DNA of 64,000 nt from Octopus vulgaris (GCA_951406725.2 OX597825.1:78864001-78928000); one strand, 5' to 3'. Positions 1-12,074 are shown, counted from the stretch's first letter. Notes: generated by a model from the letters alone, not told the origin. Numbers and translations are program-made.

Positions 1-568
1 CATCAAGAAGCACCAATGCTGACGATGTTGACACTCATCATCATCATTTTAACATCCACTTTTTTGCGCTTGCATGGATCAGATAAAATTTACTGAAGCA
101 GATTTTTCCTGCTGTCAGTATTCACCTGTCTGCAAGCAAGGAAATATTTCTCCATCACCTGGTTTTTTTTCACGGAAGATTGGAAACAAAGGACACCACA
201 AGTTTGACAGGGATGCTTGTTTACATCTATTGCACAATGCCAGCATGGAAAGTGGACACGAAATGATGATATGATGGACTTCTTCCAGTTTGTCTTGCAA
301 ATCCACTTACAAAACATTGGTTGACCCAGGGCTATGGTAGAAGATAATTGTCCAAGGTGCCATGCAGTGAGACTGAACCCCAAAACACATAGCTGGAAAG
401 CAGGCTTCTTAACCAGTGTGTGTGATGGTGCATGGGGAAAACCCCTCAAACGTCACTAAAAATAGAAATATGTTTTGTATTTCTGTTAAAAACTGAAACT
501 TGGTGTAAGGACCGATTTCTTCACTATTCTGACTCCATTTTTCTCAGTTGTTTATTTAGTGACATAAA

Positions 569-1078
569 GGCGCAGGAGTGGCTGTGTGGTAAGTAGCTTG
601 CTTACCAACCACATGGTTACAAGCTCAGTCCCACTGTGTGGAACCTTGGGCAAGTGTCTTCTGCTATAGCCCCGGGCCGACCAAAGCCTTGTGAGTGGAT
701 TTGGTAGCCGGAAACTGAAAGAAGCCCGTCGTATATAAATATGTGTGTTTCTATGTCTGTGTCCACTCACAAGGCTTTGGTCGGTCCGAGGCTATAGCAG
801 AAGACACTTGCCCAAGGTACCACGCAGTGAAAATGAACCTGGAACCACACAAACATACACACTCACACACACACGTGTGTGTCTGTTTCTCCTCCCACCA
901 TTGCTTGACAACCGATGTTGGTGTGTTTACATCCCCGTAACTTAGCAGTTCGGTAAAAGAGACCGATAGAATAAGTACTAGGCTTACAAAGAATATGTCC
1001 TGGAGTCAGTTTGTTCGACTAAAGGCAGTGCTCCAGCATGGCTGCAGTCAAATGACTGAAACAAGTAAAAGAATAAAA
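569..1078 (+). mobile_element. tRNA-headed SINE, family A (octopus-type), with an internal inverted fragment
   Basis: Head ggcgcaggagtggctgtgtggtaag with A/B-box-like motifs, body ccttgggcaagtgtcttct...gaaactgaaagaagcccgtcg, central microsatellite, tail gaaacaagtaaaaga. Many homologues in the window. Confidence 0.85.
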
Positions 1079-1099
1079 TATACACATATATATATATAT

Positions 1100-1299
1100 A
1101 TAGTTAATCCAAACAAGAAAGCACAAAAAAACACAACAACGCGAGGACATGGAACAAATATAGTATTATTGGATGCTCAGGAAAGAAGGAGGGTTTAACG
1201 TTTCGAGCAGAGCTCTTCGTCGGAAACATAGGAAAAGGAAAGATCCAGAGAAGGGAAGACAGAGGGGAAAAAATCGCCAACGGTACACACGAGGTCACA
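1100..1299 (-). mobile_element. About 200-bp dispersed element with a minimal hammerhead motif at 1193-1227
   Basis: Minus strand reads gttt-CCGACGA-a-GAGC.TCT.GCTC-GAAA-CG-TT-aaac. Homologous to 10195-10390 and ends in ggattaacta(TA)n. Confidence 0.55.
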
Positions 1300-1429
1300 T
1301 TACTCCAGTATATATATACTGGAGTAAGCACATAAATGTGAAACAAGGTGGTAATAAAAGAGTACTCAAATACCAGAGGTAGAGTAATATGCTTTATTTA
1401 AAAGCAGCAGAAATATCACACACAAAAAA

Positions 1430-1473
1430 AAACAGTTACTCAGAGTTTCACGTTCCCGTTCGTCGGACAGTTT
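1430..1473 (-). ncRNA. Minimal type I hammerhead motif (CCGACGA variant core)
   Basis: Minus strand reads aaactgt-CCGACGA-ACG.GGAA.CGT-GAAA-CTC.T.GAG-TA-actgttt. Stem I pairs at 6 of 7 positions, stem II is 3 bp plus a GGAA tetraloop, and stem III is palindromic. Confidence 0.6.
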
Positions 1474-1491
1474 GGTAAGAATGATTCTTAC

Positions 1492-1537
1492 AAAACTGTC
1501 TGACGAACGGGAACGTAAAACTCAGAGTAAGAGTTTT
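1492..1537 (+). ncRNA. Minimal type I hammerhead motif, GAAA mutated to AAAA
   Basis: aaaactgt-CTGACGA-ACG.GGAA.CGT-AAAA-CTC.A.GAG-TA-agagtttt. Canonical CUGANGA core, but catalytic G12 is replaced, so it is probably inactive. Confidence 0.55.
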
Positions 1538-2373
1538 GTGATATTTGTGCTGCTTTTAAATTGTAGAGATTTCTCAATCACCGTCTGTGAACCCCCCCAC
1601 ACTTACACATTGTATACAACTGCTGCTGCTGCTGCCTATTCCGTTGCATCTATCGGAATGAACGAATAAACGAACACGCATTCGACAGACTTATTTTGAT
1701 TTAATCATTTGTTCTGATACAAAAACGAACCCGGATTTTCTCATCTCTTTTGTCTGTGTTGGTGTCTTTCTATTCGCCACGTTAACCACCAGTCAACAGG
1801 CGAGCCACTCTCTTTATGAGGGCTTTCGATCTGCTCGAAATACCTGGTCCAGAACTTACTTTAATCACACCCACCCGTCTTAGATAATAAAGGAAGTTTT
1901 TTCATTGGACTTTGTAGTTCTTGGTATACGAAAACGGTTTTTTTTTCCCAGGGTCGAATGCTTCTTCAGTATAGGTCTGGGACTAAACCTCAATATTTCT
2001 GATCCCCTTTAGTTTTGTTCGCAATAACAGAAGGAACCTCGGTGAGATTAGACGACCTGATATAGATATAGGCGCCAGATTCTCTAATATAGAAATATTA
2101 AAAAAGAAAGAAAATAACTAAGTACACATAATGACAATAGTAGATCCGTGCTTCAAGCATAAGGGCTATTCAATGAAGGGTAAATTAGGGGAGTGGCTAA
2201 ACACCTATGTGATCGTTCGACCTGCTAGAAATACCAGTTAAATCTCCCTTGCAGTTATATACACTCGGTTGTGCTTAGAATATTCTCCTTGGAAATTGTT
2301 AGGCGTAATATTTTCACCCATGCTCGAGATTTTGGAGTATAACTTTTAAGTTGTATTGAGTTGAACCAAACTG

Positions 2374-2413
<40 letters not shown>

Positions 2414-3770
2414 CGCCGAGGTCGACTTTGCATTTCATCCTTTCGGGGTCGATAAATAAAGTACCAGTTTCGCACTGGGATCGATGTAATCGACTTAATC
2501 CGTTTGTCTGTCCTTGTTTGTCCCCTCTATGTTTAGCCCCTTGTGGGCAGTAAAGAAATATATATACACAACTCCTACCAAATGCGTTATGAGCCTCTTT
2601 CATTTATCTATCCCTTGTGTGTGTTGTGTGTGTAATACCTACATAATTATTCCCCCACCCCTGCTCTACTGTTTTCCCCTAACTTTTTGAAAAATAAATG
2701 TTTTTTTCAATGAAATTTTCTGCAAACACCTTTCAGGTGGTGTAGATTAACGTTATGTTGGAATTTAATGTTAAAAAAAAGGAAAAAGAAAACTGGGCGT
2801 GCATACATACTGATACTTAACACAATCTTTTTCAAAAGTTCAAATTTCACTTCGTACATATGTAATGTAATGTGCACGTCCACCAGTTCTTCTTTTTGCA
2901 TGAAATTCAAGCGTAATTGGAATTTACACCATATGAAAGGTATTTGCCTTTTAGTTTTTATTTGTTTCAGAAATACTTTTTACAGAATTGCTTAATTACG
3001 GGGACGTAAACACGTCAACACCGGTTGTCAAGCAGTGGGATGGAGGACAAATGCACACACACACACATACATACACACATGGTTTCTTTCGGTTTCCGTC
3101 TACCAAATCCACTCACGAAGCTTTGGTCAAGAGGCTACGGTAGAAAAAAAAAAACTTGCCCAAGATGCCAGTCGGTGGGACTGAACCCGGGGCCGTGTGG
3201 TTCAGAAGCAAACTTCTTTACCACCTGTAGAAAATTTAATTAAAAAAAATATCCATTTTTCTGAAAGTTATAAGGAGACAGTCAGTGGGTGGGACGGAGC
3301 ACACATGTGTAAGTATGACACCTTGTGTGTGTGTGTGTGTGTGTGTGTACACAGGGTGTTTATGTCGTAGGGTTACGAGATCAGGTCTGACCTGGTGCCA
3401 TTATACAATAACAAGAGCAATAATCGTTGTCTTAAGATCGAATATTGAACGGTGATTAATGTTCGTTGGAGGATAAAAATGTGTAGCCGTGGTGAAATGT
3501 CTGTCGATCGGCCTCGCCCATGTCATATCCGTGTTGTTTAGGATAGGTAAGGTCATTTGTCATGCTCTAGAGTCTATAGTCCTATATGTGTGTGTGTGTG
3601 TGCGGAGAAAGAAAACGAGAGAACCATTGTGTGTGTGTGTGAGAGAGAGAGATTTTCTTTTTCTTTTTCTTTTATAATTTGAACTCTTTCCCCCCACTAA
3701 AGAAACACTACCGCTGGAATATACATGGCAACAACAGTAAGTAATTATAGGGACGATTTTTAAACAATTC

Positions 3771-3910
<140 letters not shown>

Positions 3911-4503
3911 ACGCACACATATATAACTCGCGCACAAATTTTGTATGGTATATAAGTCTGAAGCGTAGCAAACGAAAATACATATATGTACGCATACAAA
4001 CGCATGTACACACCCACCCGTTTGTATGTGTATAAAGTGTGACAAAAGAAAACATATATACATACATCCGTATATATATATATATATATATACTCAGGCA
4101 TACACTAGACGTATATATATATTGCTCACACACATGCACTAGACGTGTTAGTAAAGAGAGAAACGAACAAGTGCGGTGTCACATAATTGCCACTGTTTAA
4201 AGACAGCCCACACAAGCTGTTCCGGAAGTTTGGTGGAAAGGGCAAGATGTGGTTCCACTCATAACAATATCGTAATTATTTACCAATTTATTATGTGTTA
4301 TAATGTGTGTGTGTTGTGTGTGTGTGTGTAATCGGACTCTTATTTCCAGCTACTAATACTTTGATAATAGTTTATCAATAACCAATCGATGTATTGATAT
4401 ATATATATATATAGGCGTGTGTTACGCGTGTAAATAAATATACTGTTAAATACTGTTGAACTAAACTACTATCTCTTATTACATACTGTTGAACGTGTAA
4501 TTG

Positions 4504-4556
<53 letters not shown>

Positions 4557-5827
4557 TATTAGGTGTGTGGTTGAATCAAAATGCTTAAGTGTCGTGCCAG
4601 AGCACTTTGTCAGTCTGACGAGTAAACTGGATAAGTGCTTTGATGCGAAACTTCAGGTCCTTCAGGTACTTATGTAGCTTCGCAGCTAATTAATAAGAAA
4701 TAATTACACACATACGCGCCACGCGCGCGCGCACAACGCGGACTCTCGACATTACACTTTGTCATTGATTACTATGTGGACTGATAGCCGAGTCCGTAAG
4801 CGGAGCTTTCTATGACGGCAGCACGGTTCTCTAAATCCACGTTTTATGCTATATATATACACACACATGCATACATACATACATACACGTATCTATGTAC
4901 ACACATACGATTTTATAAACGGGAAAACAGAACTCTGTATACAGATATACATGTGCATATATGTATGCATAATTATGTGTGTGTATAATGTACACATAAC
5001 CTGTCTTTAATTACGGCTTAAAACTATATTCTACTTTGCGCAGCTGTCATTTTAGTATTACAACTTATACGATAAAACCAGGAGCCTCTCTGTTGTAGTT
5101 CGATGTGCTAGAAACAGCTGCAAATTCTCACTGAAATCCCTCGAAATTATACTTGACCGTTTTAAAAAGGTCGCATTAGGCAGTGTAGTCTTAGGTATAC
5201 AAAAAACATTGGATAGTCACGACTGGTGCGTCTTTCGATTGTAGATTTACTCCCCTCAGGTCTGACCTGGGGCTAAACAGAAATTACATAACGACTGTGG
5301 GAAATCTCGACCGAACGAGCTTCCTCGTATGGTCGGTCGCTCGACCTGCTAGAAATAGCAGCCAGATCTCCCTCATCACACAGCAGACCATTAACAAAAA
5401 GTGTGGTAGAGAAATATGAGATGGTCGCAGTTGGAACGTCTTGGAGTAGGGCTTACATCGGGGCTTGTTTTCTTTGAATATATATGTATGAATGTTTGTG
5501 TATATATTTATATGTAACCTATGGGATTATATATACGTGTGTGTGTCTTGTAAAGCGTTTATTTACAAATTATTTCTCTGTAGTCCCTATGACGAGGTTT
5601 CAAATCTTACACAAGTTATAACAAATTCAATATATGACTTGGGGGTAGACGACGGCGAGACGGAAGAACTATTTGATTGTGAAAAAACTTTGCCAGCGTC
5701 AGATGTGAACACGTGTAATGTTATCATAACCCTAGGTCAGTCCTGGTTCACCCCCGATTTTATGATCGATAAAAATCGTTCCTATCACACTTGACCATCC
5801 CGTCATTTTACCTTTTTTTTAAAAAGG

Positions 5828-6248
5828 GGCAATCTTTCGTCTCTAGTAGACCTTTCCGTCGATTTCCGTAAAAAATTTTTTTTTTTTACATATGGGCTTG
5901 CGGGAACTTTTGAAGTAATGAGAGCGAAAGAGACTAAGAGAAAGCGATTGTATGACGAGGGAAGTTCTTTTGAAGTTACCGTGCATGGGAAGCATTGATG
6001 GACATGTGTGTGTGTGTGTTTGATGGGGTGTGGGAGACAGACAGTATGTTGTGTAAGTGAAGTGCTTCTGTTAGTGCGTGTGAAGAGACAGAGTAATGTG
6101 TGAAAGAAAGAGATAACTGAAATTTTTTACTCGGTGTATGTGTATATGTATGTATATTACTTCAAAAGTTCCCGCAAGCCCATATGTAAAAAAAATAATT
6201 TTTTTTACGGAAATCGACGGAAAGGTCTACTAGAGACGAAAGATCGCC
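5828..6248. mobile_element. MITE with TIRs of about 90 bp
   Basis: 5828-5919 (ggcaatctttcgtctctagtagacc...cttttgaagtaat) is the near-perfect reverse complement of 6156-6248. Flanks taaaaagg / aaaaaagg look like an 8-bp TSD with one mismatch. Confidence 0.85.
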
Positions 6249-7044
6249 AAAAAAGGAAAGAAAGAAACGTCTTGGCTATTTCCACCCCTCTGAAGCTATA
6301 GAATGCGATTTAAGGTATAATTTTCTGCAACCTCAAGCGAACCCTTAGAACGGGCATGGGCAACCTTTTTCGAGAAACGGGCCGCATGTCCATTATCAGG
6401 TGGTAATCTTTTCATTAGATGGGAGATTCAGAAAGTCCCGCGGGCCGCTGGTTGCCTATAGCTTATTTAGAATCAAGTTGCTTTTTTAAAAATTTTTTTA
6501 TCGCTGATCGCTCGCTATTTGAACTTACATATGATAATAATAGCATTCCATCCACGACCGTCTCCTGTTATTTTCAGGCGTAGTTTATCTAAGACCACAT
6601 TTTATCTTGTACATCAGTTTTTTTCCCCCCTTTTCTCCTTAAAAAAAAAGAGAGAAAGGAAGAAAAATGATAGGACGATTGTGACCCAGGTTTGACTGCT
6701 ATTTCCACCAGGTCGAGCGGTCTACGTAATAGCCTCCCTTATTGGTTCGACACGTGTTAATGAATAACAGAAATCTTGAAAAAATGCAACTTGCTGACTA
6801 AGCATGTTCGCTCGCTTTAAATAGAACTGCAAGTCGCCAAATTTATACAAGTTCCTCCCCCACTATCGCTACCAAATTTTCTGGCAATTATTAAAAATAT
6901 ATAAATTAAATAAATAGTTTATTTCTGTCCATCTCCAGCGCTTTTGGTGTTCAGTTTTACGAATTGATCCAGTTTTGCAAATATTTTCTTGTTTCTTCTC
7001 AAGTTGTGTCCGACTTTTGATATTATCTGGGTTTTGTGTTTTTT

Positions 7045-7910
7045 AAATCTTGTTTCAGTTATTGGACTGTGGCCACGCTGGGGCACTTTCCTTGGAAGGT
7101 TTAGTCGAACAAATCGATCCAGAATTTGAATTTTTATTTTTAAGCCTGACTACTTATTCTGTCAGGCTTTTTTTTGCCGAACCACTAAGTCACGGAGACG
7201 TAAACAAACCAACCCCGGTTGTCAAGCGATGGTGGTGGTGGACACGGACACACACACACACAGAATAGGTTTCTTTCAGTTTCTGTCTACCAAATCTACT
7301 CACAAGACTTTGGTCATACTGGAGCTATTGTAGAAGAGTCTTACCCACGGTGCTGCGCAGTGGGACTGAACCCAAGACCACATGGTTGGGAAGCAAGTTT
7401 CTTATCCTCACAGCCACGCCTACATCCATTCTTCAAATTCTTCACAAACGTCTGGTGCAAATCCATTGTTGACGTCCCCCTCGCTGCCTTCTTTACATTC
7501 GTCTTTCTTCCATGCCCCTCCCGCTGAACATAATATTCTTTCCCAACCACATAGTTCTAGGTTCAGTCCCACTGCATAGCACCTCGGGCATGTGCCTTCT
7601 AGCGTATCCTTGGGCTGACCAATGCCTTTACGAGACGATTTGATAAACAGAAACTGTGAGAAGCCTATCGAGTGTGTGTGTTTGTGTATATCGAAGTGTC
7701 TATTCGTTTATCACCGCTTGACAACCGGTGCTGGTTTGTTTACGTCCATGTAACTTAGCAGTTCAGCAAAAGGGCCTGAGGGACTAAGTATCAGACTTTA
7801 AAAAACAAAATAATTACCGGGGTCGATTTGTTTGACTAAATAAACCCTTCAAGATGGTGTTCCAGTATGGCCACAGCCCAATGACAGAAACAAGCAAGAG
7901 CAAAAAAGGA
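7045..7910. mobile_element. Two SINE A copies in opposite orientation (about 7045-7420 minus, about 7540-7910 plus)
   Basis: Both align by eye to the 569-1078 copy. Confidence 0.75.
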
Positions 7911-8239
7911 ACCACTTGCCTTCTTAATGTTTCCAAAGACTTCTTTTAATCTTTGACAATCGATCTCCCCTTGGTTGCAAGTATTTTGATCGATTTCTTG
8001 TTGTTCTTCTTTCTGTCGGTGATATTCTCAATGATCTTCTTGAGCACCTTATTTTGCATCTTTAACTTGTTTCAGTCATTTGAGTGCGGCCATGCTGGGG
8101 CACTTCCTTGAAGAGTTTTTGTTGAACAAATTGCCTTCCCCATCCCGCAGGGCTTATTTTTATAAGCCTAGTACTTATCCTATTGATTTCTTTGTGAACA
8201 AGAATGAGAGAAAAAAACTAACAACCAAAATGGATAGAT

Positions 8240-8440
8240 GAATGTTGAGGTGGTTTGGCCACATGGAGAGGATGGATGAGGAGTGGATGGTAAGGAGGGT
8301 GATGAAGACAAGTGGTAGGCAGCAGAACCAGAGGCAGACCTCAGTTTGTGATGGAATGAGGAAAGCTTTGGTGGTCAGAGGTGTTGGAGTGAGAGAGGCA
8401 GGAGAGTTTATAAATGATAGGAAAGCTTGGAGAGTGTTTG
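8240..8440 (+). mobile_element. RTE-clade LINE C-terminal fragment
   Basis: LRWFGHMERMDEEWMVRRV...DRKAWR matches the typical RTE ORF C-terminal motifs LRWxGHVxRM and DRxxWR. Confidence 0.7.
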
Positions 8441-9202
8441 TGGATGGATGGGTGAATTTGATGTTGCTCAAAGGGGTACCGGACCAGTATATGCTGTCGG
8501 GGCCCGCTGCTGATATTGGGGGTTGCATTCTATGTTTTGACCCAAGCATAGAACAGGGCTTGCTTCTTTGAGCAGGGAAATGAATGGAATGCCTGGTGTG
8601 TGCCTTGTTGTGGTTACCCCCTCCTAAAAAATAAATGGGGAATAAGCCTGGATATAAAAAAAAAATTTTTTTGCTGAACCGTAAGTTATGGGGGATATAA
8701 ACACACCAACACCAGTTGTCAAGCAATTGGTGAGAGACAAGCACACACAATGGGCTCCTTTCAGTTTCCTTCTACCAGATCCACTCACTAGGCTCTGGTT
8801 GGCCTAAGGCTATGGCAGAAAACACTTGCCCAAGGTGCCACACAGTGGGACTGATCCCAGAACCATGTGGTTATTATTTTGTCAGTTTCACTTCAGATCG
8901 TGACCCCCTCCTTATCATAGCTTCTTTTCATATATATTTATAAATGTATGTATGTGTATACATGTATATATGTGGAGGTGTGTGGCCTAGTGGTTAGGCT
9001 GGTGCATTCACAACTGTGAGATCATAGGTTTGATTCCTAGACCAGGCAGTGCATTGCGACCTTGATCAAAACACTTAATTTCATGTTGCTTTAGTTCCCC
9101 CATTCAATCAGCCCACATGGTGGTGTCATTTGAAGGTTAAAATGACGCCAAGTGCATTGTGGCTAGCAATGTGTAACAAAATCTAATAGTCTGGCTGGTC
9201 AC

Positions 9203-9239
<37 letters not shown>

Positions 9240-9359
9240 CCTGATTTATAACCCGACCTACCATCAGTATGGTCACCATTCTTCCCTCCCCTCCCCGCCT
9301 TGTTTATCTCTTCCTCTGCTCACACCTAACTGGACTAGACTAAAGCATGGCTTTGTTTC

Positions 9360-9755
9360 TACATCCACAATATGATACTTTATCTGTCTCTGCGTTATTG
9401 TGGGACATGTGAAGTTTGGTGAGTTTCTCACCAAACATCACAAGGTATCACTTCTGCATCCATCCTATTTGCCAGATTTAGCACTTGCAAACTCCCATTT
9501 CTTTCCCAAGATGAAAATGCAGCTTAGAGGTCCCTGTTTTAAAACCATTGTCAAGATCCCGAATGAATTAGAAGGTCCTCAGTCGCTTGCGGAAACTGAC
9601 TTCAAGACTAGATTCCAAAAGTGGCAAAAACCCTAGAACTGTTGTATTACTGCACAAGGTGACTGTTTCAAAGATGATGTTAAAATCTTAGGTAAATAAG
9701 TTAGTTTTTTATTAAACTTAACTGGTCCTGGATCTTTTTGATACCACCTCATGTA
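9360..9755 (+). pseudogene. Decayed mariner (Tc1/mariner) transposase C-terminus plus right TIR
   Basis: ORF 9400-9636 HPSYLPDLALANSHFFPKMKMQLRG..F is a degenerate HPPYSPDLAPxDFxLFPKMK..L.G..F, followed by FQKWQK..xCCITAQGD. Ends in TIR-like ggatctttttgataccacctcatgta. Confidence 0.85.
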
Positions 9756-10194
9756 TGTATGTATGTATATCATCATCATCATCGTTTAACGTCTGCTTTC
9801 CATGCTGGCATGGGTTGGACGATTTGACTGAGGACTGGTGAGTCAGAGGCTGCACCAGGCTCAATCTGATCTGGCAAAGTTTCTACAGCTGGATGCCCTT
9901 CCTAACACCAACCACTCTGAGTGTTTAGTGGATGCTTTTTACGTGCCACTGGCACAAGGGCCAGTCTGGAAGTTCTGGCAACAACCACGCTCAAAAGGTG
10001 TTTTTTACGTGCTACCTGCATGAGAGCCAGTCCGGTGGCACTGTTTGAATGTCGTTTTTCACGTGCCACCAGCAAATGTGCGGGTAAATATATGTATATT
10101 ATGATGATGAATGTAAGTCATCAGAAAACCTACACACAAAGTATGGCTAATTCTACAACATATATATATATATATATATATATTTTCAAAATGG

Positions 10195-10392
10195 ATCTAC
10201 ATGTGGATCATTGGTTTTTGGGGTCTTTTCTCCCTCTGTCTTCCTTTTCTCTTGGACTTTCCTCCATCTCCTGTTTCTGAAGAAGAGCTTTGCTTGAAAC
10301 ATAAAACTGCCTTTCTTTCCTTCCCTGAGCACTTGCTAATACTTTACATGTACCACATCCTCACTTTGTTGTTTTTTGGGGGATTAACTATA
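10195..10392 (+). mobile_element. Second copy of the about 200-bp hammerhead-bearing element (motif 10273-10307)
   Basis: gttt-CTGAAGA-a-GAGC.TTT.GCTT-GAAA-CA-TA-aaac. Alignable by eye with the reverse complement of 1100-1299 and ends in ggattaacta(TA)n. Two of the motif differences are CpG-type transitions. Confidence 0.55.
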
Positions 10393-11680
10393 TATATATG
10401 TGTGTGGAATGTGTCCTGTCCTTATTTCATTTGGGTGCTTGGTTTACCAAGATACGCATCACTAATAGTGTGACTGAATGAATATAAGTTGTCATTGTTC
10501 CCCAGTGTCTTGTTATTTAATGCAGTTCTTTTGGTGGTTTACTTTTCATAGCTTCATGCTTCACTTAACACACTAGTTGACACTGAACTGGGTGGCCTGG
10601 TGAATCACTCCATTACCACTTCGGCACAAAAGCTGATCTCTTGAAGATGGATGTACTCAGCTCTGAATAATGTTTGGACCATCAGGCTCTGGTGTTTCAA
10701 TTTTTGCCTATTCAGTGACCAACGTATAGAAATACTAGTCAGCTCATTTAACTTCTTTTTGTTTTTAAGTTACTCCTTCAGTAATAATGTGTATATCATT
10801 GTAATGTATTTACACATGTAGAACAATACTATCTGTAGGAATTTCATCATCATCATCATCGTTTAACATCCATTTTTCATGCTGGCATAGGTTGGACAGT
10901 TTGGGGACTGGCAGGCCAGGAGGCTGCACCAGGCTCCAGTCTGATCTGGCAAGGTTTCTACAGCTGGATACCCTTCCTAACGCCAACCACTCCCAGGGTG
11001 TAGTGGGTGCTTTTTATGTGCCACTGGTACGGGAGCCAGTCAGGCAGCACTGGCATCGGCCACGTTTGGATGGTGCTTTTTACATGCTACCGACACAGGA
11101 GCCAGTCAGGAAGAAGGGTGGAGGCTGGCATCAATCACATTCGGATGGTGCTTTTTACATTCCACTGGCACAGGGAGCCAGTTTGGTGGCACTGGCAACG
11201 ATCCATGCATGAATGGAGTTTATTGCATGCCATCTCAGAGAAACCTCTCTTTGGAGACTGTTAAAAATACAAACTCTGATTGGCATCAGGATCTTCAGAC
11301 ATTGGTAATTTGGTTTAATTTTGCCTCTTCAGATGTCCCTGGTTATTTGGAGCGGGCTAGGAACTATTGCTCTCAAGTGTCTGCCACTGAATAGGTGAAA
11401 TTAACCTGAAACACTTGAGCCCAATGGTCCTGACACCATTCACAGCTGGTTCTGTTTTTAACACACCAAGTCTCTACTGAGACATTACTCAGACACAAAA
11501 TCCTACAACTTGCGCTGTTCTATATTTGTATACACATTATAATATTACTTTAATCCAGTGTTTCTCAACCTTTTTACCCTTGTGTAACCCTTAAAATATA
11601 TTACATGTCTCAAAGAATCCCTGCTCAAAAAAAGTTACATACCATTATCGTTCTCATATTTTATTCATCATAGTTCATGT

Positions 11681-11735
<55 letters not shown>

Positions 11736-12074
11736 TATATATAGGGTGTCCCTAAATTACAGACATCACTAAATATATTCCCAATGGTTGTTATATTTTT
11801 TTGATAACATAATAGGTTAAAAAGGATGATGTCTATATTACAATAACCAATAACATGTTGTGCATGTACATTAATATTACGATCATGAAATTAGCACATT
11901 AGCTTGTCTCACTCTTTCTCGTGGAACCCTAGGCTTCTGGGGAACCTCGGCTGCTATTTCAAGTGCATATATTTATACTCATGTTATATCGTTTTGAAGA
12001 CCAAACAAAGTTGCATGACTTGTTGCACTTTATGTACTAATGAGTTGATTCTAATACATTTTAAAAGGATTATG

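Larger units (their letters stand above)
1300..1561. mobile_element. Short Penelope-like element with an inverted hammerhead pair
   Basis: Imperfect palindrome 1396-1561 centred on 1483 (taagaat-g-attctta) with a hammerhead motif in each arm. The terminus also forms a perfect 28-bp palindrome at 1300-1327 around (TA)n. Confidence 0.6.

Noticed and set aside
569-645. tRNA-like sequences at SINE heads
   Set aside because: Only A/B-box-like remnants fused to SINE bodies, with no full cloverleaf, so not called as tRNA genes.
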